A DNA stretch of 32,000 bases from Candidatus Saccharimonadota bacterium (GCA_965230905.1 OZ246396.1:1230001-1262000); one strand, 5' to 3'; positions 16,535 through 25,244 are shown, numbered from the stretch's first letter. Translations and numbers: made by a program. Notes: generated by a model not told the origin, from the letters alone.

Positions 16535-16613
16535 CTGAGAGGAAATTGCTGAGGAGGGACCAATCCACGTATGGCTTTGTTGATATAGGCACTCTTCAGC
16601 AATTCTCTTCCAG
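16535..16613. repeat. Long imperfect inverted repeat in the gap upstream of rmuC
   Basis: Arms are 16535-16560 (ctgagaggaaattgctgaggagggac) and 16588-16613 (ggcactcttcagcaattctcttccag). The perfect 9-bp core is aattgctga / tcagcaatt. By hand count, 19 of 26 positions are Watson-Crick pairs, and 3 more are G-U if read as plus-strand RNA. Confidence 0.7.
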
Positions 16614-16622
16614 ACATCCGAG

Positions 16623-16651
16623 TTGTTAAGGATCATTCAAATAATTATAAT
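16623..16651 (+). promoter_or_regulatory. Promoter of rmuC
   Basis: TTGTTA (16623-16628), 17-nt spacer, TATAAT (16646-16651). The predicted leader to the ATG at 16674 is about 15 nt and has no SD. Confidence 0.55.
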
Positions 16652-16672
16652 ACATTTAAACTAACTTGTCAA
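16644..16672 (-). promoter_or_regulatory. Perfect-consensus sigma70-type promoter firing leftward (away from rmuC)
   Basis: The minus strand reads TTGACA (16667-16672), a 17-nt spacer, then TATAAT (16644-16649). Its -10 overlaps the plus-strand -10 of the rmuC promoter. Confidence 0.6.
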
Positions 16673-16673
16673 C

Positions 16674-17789
16674 ATGTCTAATTGGGTTTTACCGCTTGTG
16701 CTAGCCATTTTGGGTTTTGGAGGATTGCTTTACTTCTTTAATAAGAAGATCGAAGAGCTTAAAAATCCGCAGGACGATTCAGGAATGAAGATGATGCTTC
16801 AAGTGGTTTCTGAGCTTCGCCGAGACGTGGAAAGTGGGCACGGCAAAAATCGTGAGGAGATGACGGCTATGTTAAATCAAATCCAAACATCCCTTACAAA
16901 GCATCAGACCGATAGTAGCCAAACTTTGCAACAGCAATGGAAAGAAAGCAACGTGCTGATCGAGGGTGTGACAAAAAAATTAACTAGTATTGAGTCCACG
17001 AATCAAAGAGTGGTTGGATTTGCAGAACAAATGAGAACTTTGGAGAATATTCTTAAAAACCCTAAGCAACGTGGAGTTCTGGGTGAAGTTTTTCTTGAGA
17101 AAATCCTCTCTAACCTCTTCCCCCCCAATCAGTTCCAGATGCAGTATAAAATGAAAAACGGTGAGATTGTAGATGCTGTCATATTTCAGCACGATCTAAT
17201 TATTCCAATAGATGCTAAATTTTCTCTGGAAAAGTATAATTTGATCATGGAAGAGACAGATAAAGCTCGCCGTGAAGAACTTGAAAAAGCTTTTAAAACG
17301 GATGTTAAAAAACGTATCGATGAAACTTCAAAATATGTACGCCCATCAGAGCAGACTACGGACTTTGCGTTTATGTTTATCCCTGCAGAAGGTGTTTTCT
17401 ATAATTTAATGATCTGTAACGTAGGTACACTTGATGTAAATTCTCAAAATTTAATTGAATATGCTGCCAGTAAAAAAGTGACCATCGTCTCTCCAGGTAC
17501 GCTCACAGCATATCTCCAAACAATACTACAAGGTATCCACAGAGAAGAACGTGTGGCAAAAATTCAGGAGATACTTGATAATTTAGTACCTCTTCATAGA
17601 CATATGAATGCCTACAACGAGTATTTTCAAAAACTTGGGAAACATCTCGGTACCACCGTTAGCACATACAATTTGGCGAGGGGTGAGTTTAAGAAAATCG
17701 ACAAAGATGTTTATAAATTAACCGACGGCAAAACGGGCGGACAGATAGAAATGCTGGTTTTAGAGGAAAAACCGGTTGAGCTGGAGTAA
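16674..17789 (+). CDS. rmuC: DNA recombination protein RmuC
   Basis: N-terminal TM helix and a coiled-coil region, then the RmuC core: QRGVLGEVFLEKILSNLFP...GEIVDAVIF...IPIDAKFSLEKY...FMFIPAEGVF. Confidence 0.85.
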   Translation: MSNWVLPLVLAILGFGGLLYFFNKKIEELKNPQDDSGMKMMLQVVSELRRDVESGHGKNREEMTAMLNQIQTSLTKHQTDSSQTLQQQWKESNVLIEGVTKKLTSIESTNQRVVGFAEQMRTLENILKNPKQRGVLGEVFLEKILSNLFPPNQFQMQYKMKNGEIVDAVIFQHDLIIPIDAKFSLEKYNLIMEETDKARREELEKAFKTDVKKRIDETSKYVRPSEQTTDFAFMFIPAEGVFYNLMICNVGTLDVNSQNLIEYAASKKVTIVSPGTLTAYLQTILQGIHREERVAKIQEILDNLVPLHRHMNAYNEYFQKLGKHLGTTVSTYNLARGEFKKIDKDVYKLTDGKTGGQIEMLVLEEKPVELE

Positions 17790-17817
17790 ACTTTTCAAGA
17801 ATTAATAAACTAAAAAT

Positions 17818-17988
17818 ATGACTGAGAAACCTAAGGAAGAATTGATTCCGACCGAGCAAGGCACAGATGCACTCGACCCTGATGACACAAGTAGTGGCGA
17901 TTGGATACTGGCAGTTAACAGTTTACGTGATGTGCGAGACCGGATCACTGGTTACGTTAGTAAATTGTCAAAAGTGGAGAGTGAGTAG
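17818..17988 (+). CDS. Small acidic hypothetical protein (56 aa)
   Basis: Hand-translated ORF below the track cutoff: MTEKPKEELIPTEQGTDALDPDDTSSGDWILAVNSLRDVRDRITGYVSKLSKVESE. It starts 29 nt after the rmuC stop. Confidence 0.3.
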   Translation: MTEKPKEELIPTEQGTDALDPDDTSSGDWILAVNSLRDVRDRITGYVSKLSKVESE

Positions 17989-18093
17989 TTCTTGAGAAGA
18001 GGTGACAACGACCACTATTGGGTATTTTTCTTTACTTTAAACCTGTTTTAACCTAAAGTGGGGTGGCAAAATTTTAAGCTGCCTTTATACCTT

Positions 18094-20157
18094 ATGGCCA
18101 TTGCCCTCACCGATCTAGCCTCTACCCTGGGACTCACCGAAAGTGAGATGCGAAAGCTGCTTTTGGAGCTGGGCTTTGAAGATTCAGAAGAGATTGAGGA
18201 GGATGTTGCAGCTTTAGTGAAAGATGAAATTGCAGGACGGAGCAAAAAGAGCGCCGCAGAAATATATGAAGATATTGTAGAAGTTGCTCAGGAAAAGGAG
18301 ATTGTGAAGGGTCAACGAAAGCAGAAGGCCGGTAAAGTAACCAAGAAAACGGAAGTTCGACGAGTGGAGCCCTCTCCTGCTATTAAACGGGATGGAGTTG
18401 AGATTGCTGAAACGATTTCCGTTAAGGAATTGGCTGAAAAAACAGGTTTGAGCGCCGCGGTTTTGATCGGAGCGCTCATGAAGAATGGAATTTTGGCCAG
18501 CCTCAACCAGGTTATCGACTACGACACGTCCGTGATCATCACTGATGGAATGGGTGTCACACTGAAAAAACAACGCAGTGCGGTGAGTGCGGAAGATATC
18601 TTTAAAGGAGATTTGGAGAAATTGCTTGGAGAAGACGAAAAGGCAGACCTTAAAAAACGCCCGCCTGTGGTGTGTGTGATGGGTCACGTGGATCATGGGA
18701 AAACGACTTTGCTCGACGCCATTCGCGATGAAAATGTGGTAGCCAGTGAAGCGGGAGGAATCACGCAGCATATTGGAGCATACCAGGTTGAATGCAAGGG
18801 ACAAAAAATCACATTTTTGGACACTCCAGGGCACGAAGCCTTCACGGCTATGCGCGCTCGCGGTGCTCGCGCTACGGACATCGCCATCTTGGTGGTGGCA
18901 GCGGACGACGGAGTGATGCCTCAAACCATTGAAGCCATCAACCACGCCAAGGAAGCGAATGTACCGGTGATTGTGGCCATCAACAAAATCGACAAACCCG
19001 ATGCAAATTTGAATAAAATTAAGGCGGAACTCGTGGAATACGGACTCCAATCCGAAGAATGGGGAGGACAAACCATGATGATACCGATTTCAGCTAAGAA
19101 TAAACAAGGAATCGATACGCTGCTTGAGAGTGTACTGCTCGTAGCAGAAATGTTGGAACTCAAGGCCAACCCGAACCGCCCTGCGGTGGCTACCGTGGTG
19201 GAATCGCACTTGGATGCAAGCTTGGGACCGGTGGCGACCATTCTGGTGAACACGGGAAGTATGAGTGTGGGAGACAATTTCATTGTGGGAGGAACCTTTG
19301 GACGTGTGAAGAAAATGCGCGATCATATGGGCAGGTCTATCAAGACCCTCGGGCCTTCGGATACGGCGCAGATTGCGGGTTTGCATGACCCGGTGGAGAG
19401 CGGACAGATTCTTCAAGCGGTTAAGGACGAAAAATTGGCGCGTCAACGCGCGATGCAGGTTCACGACATGGCTAAAGAGCAGATGATCAGCACCGGAATG
19501 GGTTTGCAAGAAATTTTGCAACGCATCAAGGATGGGTCGCTCAAGCTGCTCAAAGTGGTCATGAAAGCGGACACTCAAGGTTCACTCGAGGCCATTAAAC
19601 AAGCTCTAGCTAAGATTAAGAATGACGATGTGGCCATTAAAGTGATTCACAGCGGAGTGGGAACCATTACCGAATCAGATGTACTTATGGCGTCGGCCAG
19701 CCCCGGAACGCTGGTGGTTGGATTCCACACGGAGGCCGGACTCAACGTTAAACGGCTCGCTGAACGCATGGGGATTGAAGTGGTGACTTATAAGATCATT
19801 TACGAACTCATTGAAGACCTCCGTAAGATTTTATCTGGAATGCTTGAAGACGAAGTGCTCTTGGTAGAACTCGGAAAATTCAAGGTTATGAAAATCTTCT
19901 TCACCGGAAAAAATGAATATGTGGTGGGAGGAAAAATCACCGAAGGAATTATTAAAAATAAGTGCAACGTGCGCGTGCTGCGCGACGGGAAACAGATTGG
20001 AGATGGGAAAATCGTTGGCCTTAAATTGGTGAACGAAGACATGGTGGAACTGGACAAAGGCAATGAGTGTGGAGTTCGTTACCAAGGCAAAGTGGCGCTT
20101 GAGGAACACGATGTGCTTGAAGCTTGGAGAGAAGAAAAGAAAATGAAAACTCTGTAA
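18094..20157 (+). CDS. infB: Translation initiation factor IF-2
   Basis: GTPase motifs [17 protein letters not shown] and NKID, plus the C-terminal IF-2 domains. The ATG at 18094 ([10 protein letters not shown]) is preferred over the GTG at 18058. Confidence 0.92.
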   Translation: MAIALTDLASTLGLTESEMRKLLLELGFEDSEEIEEDVAALVKDEIAGRSKKSAAEIYEDIVEVAQEKEIVKGQRKQKAGKVTKKTEVRRVEPSPAIKRDGVEIAETISVKELAEKTGLSAAVLIGALMKNGILASLNQVIDYDTSVIITDGMGVTLKKQRSAVSAEDIFKGDLEKLLGEDEKADLKKRPPVVCVMGHVDHGKTTLLDAIRDENVVASEAGGITQHIGAYQVECKGQKITFLDTPGHEAFTAMRARGARATDIAILVVAADDGVMPQTIEAINHAKEANVPVIVAINKIDKPDANLNKIKAELVEYGLQSEEWGGQTMMIPISAKNKQGIDTLLESVLLVAEMLELKANPNRPAVATVVESHLDASLGPVATILVNTGSMSVGDNFIVGGTFGRVKKMRDHMGRSIKTLGPSDTAQIAGLHDPVESGQILQAVKDEKLARQRAMQVHDMAKEQMISTGMGLQEILQRIKDGSLKLLKVVMKADTQGSLEAIKQALAKIKNDDVAIKVIHSGVGTITESDVLMASASPGTLVVGFHTEAGLNVKRLAERMGIEVVTYKIIYELIEDLRKILSGMLEDEVLLVELGKFKVMKIFFTGKNEYVVGGKITEGIIKNKCNVRVLRDGKQIGDGKIVGLKLVNEDMVELDKGNECGVRYQGKVALEEHDVLEAWREEKKMKTL

Positions 20158-21209
20158 TGAAAGTTCTCATCACCGGCGGTGCCGGTTTCATTGGCAGCAA
20201 CTATGTGTACACCCATCTGGAAAAACGTCCGGATGATACTTTAGTGGTGCTCGATGCCCTCACCTATTCCGGGCACCGCGAGAACCTTGCGGAGGCCGAG
20301 GCGAAGGGCGTGAAATTTGTAGAAGGACGGATTGAAGACCGCGAACTGGTGCAGGGGCTGTTTGAAGCCGAGGCCTTTGATGCCGTGCTGCATTTTGCGG
20401 CCGAAACCCACGTGGATCGCAGTATTAAAAACCCGGGGCTTTTTGTGACTACGAATGTACAAGGCACACAGGTTTTACTCGATGCGGCCCGTGATTTTAA
20501 GGTTAAGCGCTTCCATCATGTGTCTACCGATGAGGTGTATGGTGATTTAGGCTTTGGCAGCACGGAGCAATTTACAGAAGAGAGCGCTTTGAAACCCAGC
20601 AGCCCCTATTCGGCCAGCAAAGCGGGGTCGGATCTGCTCTGTTTATCGTATTTGCGAACCTATGGCGTGCCGGTGACGATTAGCCGCTGTTCCAACAATT
20701 ACGGCCCCTACCAAAGCCTGGAAAATTTCATTCCCGTTATGATCACCAAAGCAGCAGCCGGTGAAAAACTGCCCGTGTATGGAACGGGTAAAAATGTGCG
20801 CGATTGGCTCTACGTGCGCGACCACTGCGAGGCCATTTTGGCTATTTTAGATCGCGGAATTGTGGGCGAAATCTACAATATTGGCGCCGACAACGATCAG
20901 GAGAATCTGGCGGTGGTGAGAATGATTCTGAAAACGCTCGGTAAATCTGAAGATCTGATTGAATTCGTGACGGATCGGCCTGGACACGATGAACGATATT
21001 CCATGAATTATGCAAAAATGAAGCGTGAACTCGGATGGGAACCGAAAGTGAGTTTTGAAGAAGGGATGCGCGAAACCATAGCTTGGTATATTCTACTTAA
21101 TAGCACTAACGTGCCTACATATGAAAGGAGTTATTCTCGCTGGAGGGACCGGGTCCAGGCTCACGCCGCTGACCAAAGTCACCAACAAGCACCTACTGCC
21201 CATCTATAA
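20157..21209 (+). CDS. rfbB: dTDP-glucose 4,6-dehydratase
   Basis: [15 protein letters not shown] Rossmann motif, YSASK catalytic motif, and the conserved HVSTDEVYG and PGHDERY motifs. The ATG overlaps the infB TAA (TAATG). The last ~30 codons overlap the next gene out of frame. Confidence 0.88.
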   Translation: MKVLITGGAGFIGSNYVYTHLEKRPDDTLVVLDALTYSGHRENLAEAEAKGVKFVEGRIEDRELVQGLFEAEAFDAVLHFAAETHVDRSIKNPGLFVTTNVQGTQVLLDAARDFKVKRFHHVSTDEVYGDLGFGSTEQFTEESALKPSSPYSASKAGSDLLCLSYLRTYGVPVTISRCSNNYGPYQSLENFIPVMITKAAAGEKLPVYGTGKNVRDWLYVRDHCEAILAILDRGIVGEIYNIGADNDQENLAVVRMILKTLGKSEDLIEFVTDRPGHDERYSMNYAKMKRELGWEPKVSFEEGMRETIAWYILLNSTNVPTYERSYSRWRDRVQAHAADQSHQQAPTAHL

Positions 21210-21840
21210 TAAGCCGATGATTTACTATCCCCTCCTTAAACTCAAGGAGATGGGGGTGAAATCTATTCTGCTGGTTTCTGGCAAAGGGCACGCCGGGCAT
21301 TTTTTGGAGCTTTTGGGGGCTGGCACGGAGTTTGGCGTAAACATTGCTTATGAAGTGCAGGAAGAAGCGGGAGGGATCGCCCAAGCCCTGAGTTTGGCCA
21401 AGGATTTTGTGGGTGACGATAAGTTTGTAGTGATGCTGGGCGACAATATTTTTCAAGATTCCTTGGCGGATGCCGCGCGGGACTTTGAAAATGGCAGCTC
21501 TGAAGCTCATCTTTTCTTAAAAGAAGTGGACCGTCCTCAAAGTTACGGGGTCCCCCGTTTGGAAAATGGAAAAATTTTGGAAATTTTGGAAAAACCCAGC
21601 AATCCGCCCAGTCCTTACGCCGTTACGGGTTGTTACCTGTATACGCCTAAGGTTTTTGAGGTGATTCAGGCCATTAAACCGTCTGCGCGCGGCGAACTGG
21701 AGATCACGGATGTGAACGACTACTACGTTAAAAATGGCGCTCTCAGCCACACGGTGCTTTCCGGTTTTTGGGGCGACTGCGGTGAGTCTATTGATCAGAT
21801 GATGGACGTGGCTGGATTCGTGCAGAAGAATATGGTATAA
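21121..21840 (+). CDS. rfbA: Sugar-phosphate nucleotidyltransferase, short RmlA-like (glucose-1-phosphate thymidylyltransferase family)
   Basis: MKGVILAGGTGSRLTPLT..NKHLLPIYNKPMIYYPL signature. Only the 239-aa catalytic domain is present. Confidence 0.8.
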   Translation: MKGVILAGGTGSRLTPLTKVTNKHLLPIYNKPMIYYPLLKLKEMGVKSILLVSGKGHAGHFLELLGAGTEFGVNIAYEVQEEAGGIAQALSLAKDFVGDDKFVVMLGDNIFQDSLADAARDFENGSSEAHLFLKEVDRPQSYGVPRLENGKILEILEKPSNPPSPYAVTGCYLYTPKVFEVIQAIKPSARGELEITDVNDYYVKNGALSHTVLSGFWGDCGESIDQMMDVAGFVQKNMV

Positions 21841-21864
21841 TTTTGAGATTTAAAAATCTCAAAA
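21841..21864 (+). promoter_or_regulatory. Perfect AT-rich palindrome filling the rfbA / orphan-gene gap
   Basis: ttttgagattt-aa-aaatctcaaaa has 11-bp arms and ends immediately before the ATG at 21865. Confidence 0.5.
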
Positions 21865-22947
21865 ATGGGAATCGAAGCTGAAAAGACTAGACCGACCACT
21901 CTTCGAAGTTTGATTGCGTATTTAGCTGACGAACCGGTATCAGTTGACCCTGTAAATGGAGTGACCTACAGTCTTTTCAGTGGAGATGGTTTATGGGAAT
22001 TTGGCCAAACTGCCGATGGCATTATTGTTTCAGCCAATGGTAATAACATTATTAATATTTCCTTGAGAGAGGATAAGGATAGACCTTTGACTGAGCTTGA
22101 ATCAAAGGCCGTAAATAGACTCATTGACGGCCTTACTGCTAAAGGGCTTCCTGAAAACGGGTCAAGCTCTTTTGTTAAACTTTCTAGCGATTCAGGCCTT
22201 GGATCAATACTTCATACTTATGGAGAAGAGGCGAAATTCTGTGCTACCATTGTTGAGAAAAGCTACGCACATAGTCAACGGATGGATGACTTCTTAGCCA
22301 GAGATCATGGAGCGGAATTGATGGCACTGGTAGAAAAGCTTGAATATAAGGATCAGGTTGCCAAGTATTTCTCCTACAAGGATCTTCTGGATGGATCAAA
22401 AATACTCATGCCAACACGCATCAAACTCACTGATAACATGAACCGCGTGGAAAAATGCAAACTGACAAAAAGTGAACTTTTATATGCCAAAACAATCTCC
22501 GAGTATCTTACGAATGACTGGTCGAGGTCAAAAGCAAAAATATTGGATGCTCTAGCCGATAAAATACGTTTAGAGTTACAAAAAAGAATGGCAGCTCTCC
22601 GCTTGCCACTCAGTCCTTACAGTGAAAGTCTTTCATGGGCTTACTGGGATATTGCCAAACAACTCCACCTTTCGAACCACCCAGAGGAATCAACGCCAGA
22701 GTATCGTCTAGGAAACCCACTACACGATCCTAGAGTCGTGGAAGAGATCATATCTCGTCACCTTGGTTGGGAACTTCATCAAAAGTGGCGAATACCTGAG
22801 GCTAGACTGAGCATTGAAGGGGCAATAGCTCACAATCCACAGAAACAGCACATTGAAGATTTATTGAATAAAGATGGAAAGCCAGACAATAGAACCTTGA
22901 GCTCTCATGAGCTTACTCTTTTGGGGAAATTGCTAAGTGCCTCCTAA
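21865..22947 (+). CDS. Hypothetical protein, 360 aa, no recognisable domain
   Basis: Long ORF with no TM segment or signal peptide. It is lower in GC than its neighbours (spot counts 27/60 and 22/60). Its 3' end overlaps convergent csaB by 35 nt. Confidence 0.6.
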   Translation: MGIEAEKTRPTTLRSLIAYLADEPVSVDPVNGVTYSLFSGDGLWEFGQTADGIIVSANGNNIINISLREDKDRPLTELESKAVNRLIDGLTAKGLPENGSSSFVKLSSDSGLGSILHTYGEEAKFCATIVEKSYAHSQRMDDFLARDHGAELMALVEKLEYKDQVAKYFSYKDLLDGSKILMPTRIKLTDNMNRVEKCKLTKSELLYAKTISEYLTNDWSRSKAKILDALADKIRLELQKRMAALRLPLSPYSESLSWAYWDIAKQLHLSNHPEESTPEYRLGNPLHDPRVVEEIISRHLGWELHQKWRIPEARLSIEGAIAHNPQKQHIEDLLNKDGKPDNRTLSSHELTLLGKLLSAS

Positions 22948-23944
22948 GAAATTCCTGGTTTTTTACAAGCTTGGCTTCGACATTGAGTGTTTTTTTACCG
23001 AGATTTTTTAGGGAATCACGGATTTTTTCAGGTTCAAAGTCGGAAAGTACGGTACAGGAGTCGGCAAGCAGACCTTTCACTTTGCTGGAATAGGAAAGCG
23101 CGAGGGTTGTAGTGCCCGCAGCAACCGAGAAAATGCCGGCATGCAGGCGCATGGTGACCGCGAGCTGGGCTTTTTCAAAGGCTTCAAAAGCAGCGAGCGC
23201 AGAAGTGGGTTCGTAGAGTTCGAGGCCAGCGTCTTTGAGATCTTCACCCTGTTGCATACTCAGGAGGATCGGATTCAGTTTTCTTTTTTTTGCAAAAACC
23301 TGGATCTCTTTCACAATGGGCCTCCACTCGGCGGATCCCAAACCCGGCCACTCTCGCAAGGAAACCAGCAAAACAGGCTTTTTTGGAATCGTGCGTTTTT
23401 GATCTAAAAGCCACGAAAAAGCTGGATCGGTGCCTAAGGTAGCCTCGATTTTCCAGGTTTTAAGCAGATCAACAGAGATTTGGTCGCGAACATGAACCGC
23501 AATGGCATTTTTGAAGGTTTGTTTAGCAAGACGGCGGCTCCACCAATGGCGAAGCGGTCCGACGCTTTGACCAAAGCAAATAGTGGGTTTACGCAGGCGG
23601 CGGCAGGTCTTGGCTTGGGCAGCCCAAATCAGGGGCGCCTTCCAACTTTCTTCATCGGTAAATAGACCTCCACCGCCTAGAATCACCAGATCGGCGAGTT
23701 TTATTGCGGCTAGTGCCGCTTTGCGTGTTTTTTTGAAGCGGCTGCGGAGACCAACCGGTATAAAAGGCGCTTTTTTGAGTCCCTTATAGATTTCTGGGCT
23801 GGTTTTACTGCCGCCGTGGGTCACGTGGATTTCGCCGCTGTAGCCAATGCTGCGCAGTTCTGTCACGATTCCGCCTAAAATAGCGTCGTCTCCCAGGTTG
23901 CCCGCGCCGTAATTGCCGATTATAAGAATGTTGTTTGTTCGCAT
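22913..23944 (-). CDS. csaB: Polysaccharide pyruvyl transferase CsaB
   Basis: NILIIGNYGAGNLGDDAILGGIV, DLVILGGGGLF, CFGQSVGP and AVHVRD fit the PS_pyruv_trans/CsaB family. Confidence 0.8.
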   Translation of the reverse strand: MRTNNILIIGNYGAGNLGDDAILGGIVTELRSIGYSGEIHVTHGGSKTSPEIYKGLKKAPFIPVGLRSRFKKTRKAALAAIKLADLVILGGGGLFTDEESWKAPLIWAAQAKTCRRLRKPTICFGQSVGPLRHWWSRRLAKQTFKNAIAVHVRDQISVDLLKTWKIEATLGTDPAFSWLLDQKRTIPKKPVLLVSLREWPGLGSAEWRPIVKEIQVFAKKRKLNPILLSMQQGEDLKDAGLELYEPTSALAAFEAFEKAQLAVTMRLHAGIFSVAAGTTTLALSYSSKVKGLLADSCTVLSDFEPEKIRDSLKNLGKKTLNVEAKLVKNQEFLRRHLAISPKE

Positions 23945-23995
23945 AAGGTTGTGGCTTTGCCACGTTCTCGCTTAGCAAACCCTTTCGGGTTCGCC
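23945..23995 (-). promoter_or_regulatory. Conserved ~50-nt leader motif, copy 2 (abuts csaB start codon, overlaps rnhB stop)
   Basis: Aligns with 3946-3996: CAT-aaggtt-GTGGCtttGCCAC-GTTctcGCTTAGCAAACCCtTTCGGGTtCGC. The outer part encodes the last residues of rnhB (EPERVC-stop). Confidence 0.6.
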
Positions 23996-24574
23996 TGTTG
24001 TGGCGAGTTTTTTTAGAGGAGCATAGGATTTGCGGTGCAGGTCGCAGGGGCCGTGTTCGCGCAGGGCGCGCTGGTGTTCCTGGGTTCCGTAGCCTTTGTG
24101 GAGATCAAAACGGTACGCCGGATATTTATGGCTGTATTCTACCATGAGCCGGTCGCGCGTCACCTTGGCAAGTATGGAAGCCGCCATGATGCAGCGGATT
24201 TTTTGATCGCCGCGGATGATGGAAGTGTGAGGAGCCGAAAAGGAAAAGGCATCTCGCCCATCGATGAGTATATGATCTATTTGAGTTGGAAGCTGCTCGA
24301 GAGCACGGCGGAAAGCGAATAAAGTAGCCTGTAAAAGACCCAAAGCATCCACTTCTTCTTGAGTGGCCAGCCCTACCCCGTAGGCACACGATTGTATAAT
24401 TTTCTCGAAGAGTTCATCCCGTTTAGCTGGCAAAACCAATTTGGAGTCGTTGAGCCCACTGAGGCGGAGTCCTTTTGGTAAAACCACGGCGGCGGCAACC
24501 ACAGGGCCAGCCCAGGAGCCGCGGCCCGCTTCATCCATACCTGCAATGGTGCCTTCTACGGCTGGGAGTTTCAC
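23972..24574 (-). CDS. rnhB: Ribonuclease HII
   Basis: GMDEAGRGSWAGPVVAAAVV, DSKLV and ASILAKVTRD motifs. The apparent start is GTG at 24574. Confidence 0.9.
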   Translation of the reverse strand: MKLPAVEGTIAGMDEAGRGSWAGPVVAAAVVLPKGLRLSGLNDSKLVLPAKRDELFEKIIQSCAYGVGLATQEEVDALGLLQATLFAFRRALEQLPTQIDHILIDGRDAFSFSAPHTSIIRGDQKIRCIMAASILAKVTRDRLMVEYSHKYPAYRFDLHKGYGTQEHQRALREHGPCDLHRKSYAPLKKLATTGEPERVC

Positions 24575-24593
24575 TTCCCCATCCTAGCGGTTC

Positions 24594-24618
24594 AAAAAAA
24601 GCCCCGAAAGGGCTTTTT
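24594..24618. terminator. Rho-independent terminator after rplS
   Basis: aaaaaaa-gcccc-gaaa-gggc-ttttt. The symmetric A/T flanks allow bidirectional function. Confidence 0.75.
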
Positions 24619-24645
24619 AATTTGAAATTTAAATGAGTCCACTTC

Positions 24646-25188
24646 TTACTTCTGCTCTTCTTCGGCAGGAGCTTCCGCTTCTGGTTCAGCAGCGGGAGTT
24701 TCTTCTGCAGCGGGTGCTGAATCTTCCACCATCTCTTCTGCAACGGTGTCTTCCACCACTGCCTCTTCCACAACCGGTTCTTCAACGACTTCATCTGCCT
24801 TAGGATCTTCCATCTTGGGTTCGTCCATAATGGATTGAGCCAAGTCGGTTTCTCGAAGACGAGTGGATTTACCTTGAAGGTCACGCATGTAGTAAAGCTT
24901 AGCTCGGCGAACCTTACCTTGCTTCATAATTTGGATCTTTTCGATGGTTGGAGAGTGGAATGGGAAGATTTTCTCAACTCCTACTCCTTCTACCACCTTT
25001 CGAACGGTGAAAGTCTTGTCTATGCCGTGACCCGCGCTAACGCTGATCACCAAACCCTGGAACATCTGAACACGTTGTTTTTCTCCTTCAGTGATCTTTT
25101 GATACACTTTAACCGTAGCACCTGGTTTTACATCAGGTACTTTTCGGAGTGAGGAAGCGACTACGTGGTCTAGGATTGCTCGAGACAT
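24646..25188 (-). CDS. rplS: 50S ribosomal protein L19 with ~65-aa acidic C-terminal extension
   Basis: L19 core: VKPGATVKVYQKITEGEKQRVQMFQGLVISV...FTVRKVVEGVGVEKIFPFHSPTIEKIQI..GKVRRAKLYY. An E/P/A/V-rich tail follows. Confidence 0.92.
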   Translation of the reverse strand: MSRAILDHVVASSLRKVPDVKPGATVKVYQKITEGEKQRVQMFQGLVISVSAGHGIDKTFTVRKVVEGVGVEKIFPFHSPTIEKIQIMKQGKVRRAKLYYMRDLQGKSTRLRETDLAQSIMDEPKMEDPKADEVVEEPVVEEAVVEDTVAEEMVEDSAPAAEETPAAEPEAEAPAEEEQK

Positions 25189-25208
25189 ACAAAAGGTTAA
25201 GCCAGGAT

Positions 25209-25237
25209 AATATAGGGACGAGTCTTCCCTTTTGCAA
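25209..25237 (-). promoter_or_regulatory. Promoter of rplS
   Basis: The minus strand reads TTGCAA (25232-25237), a 17-nt spacer, then TATATT (25209-25214), about 20 nt upstream of the ATG. Confidence 0.5.
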
Positions 25238-25244
25238 GGGGAAA

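Noticed and set aside
16410-16592. 60-aa minus-strand ORF in the gap upstream of rmuC
   Set aside because: It runs straight through the terminator-like hairpin at 16456-16482. It has no SD or recognisable features. The region is better explained as non-coding.
16456-16672. ToxIN-like type III toxin-antitoxin layout (promoter, RNA, terminator, toxin)
   Set aside because: Type III antitoxin RNAs are tandem direct repeats. Here the only repeat is inverted, the downstream ORF is half the size of ToxN-type toxins, and I see no similarity to them. It is kept only as a loose analogy in the finding.
18058-18093. GTG start for infB at 18058 and upstream start for rfbB at 20124
   Set aside because: The ATG at 18094 gives a typical IF-2 N-terminus. 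The rfbB Rossmann motif begins at [13 protein letters not shown] (ATG at 20157), and the extension would overlap the infB coding sequence.
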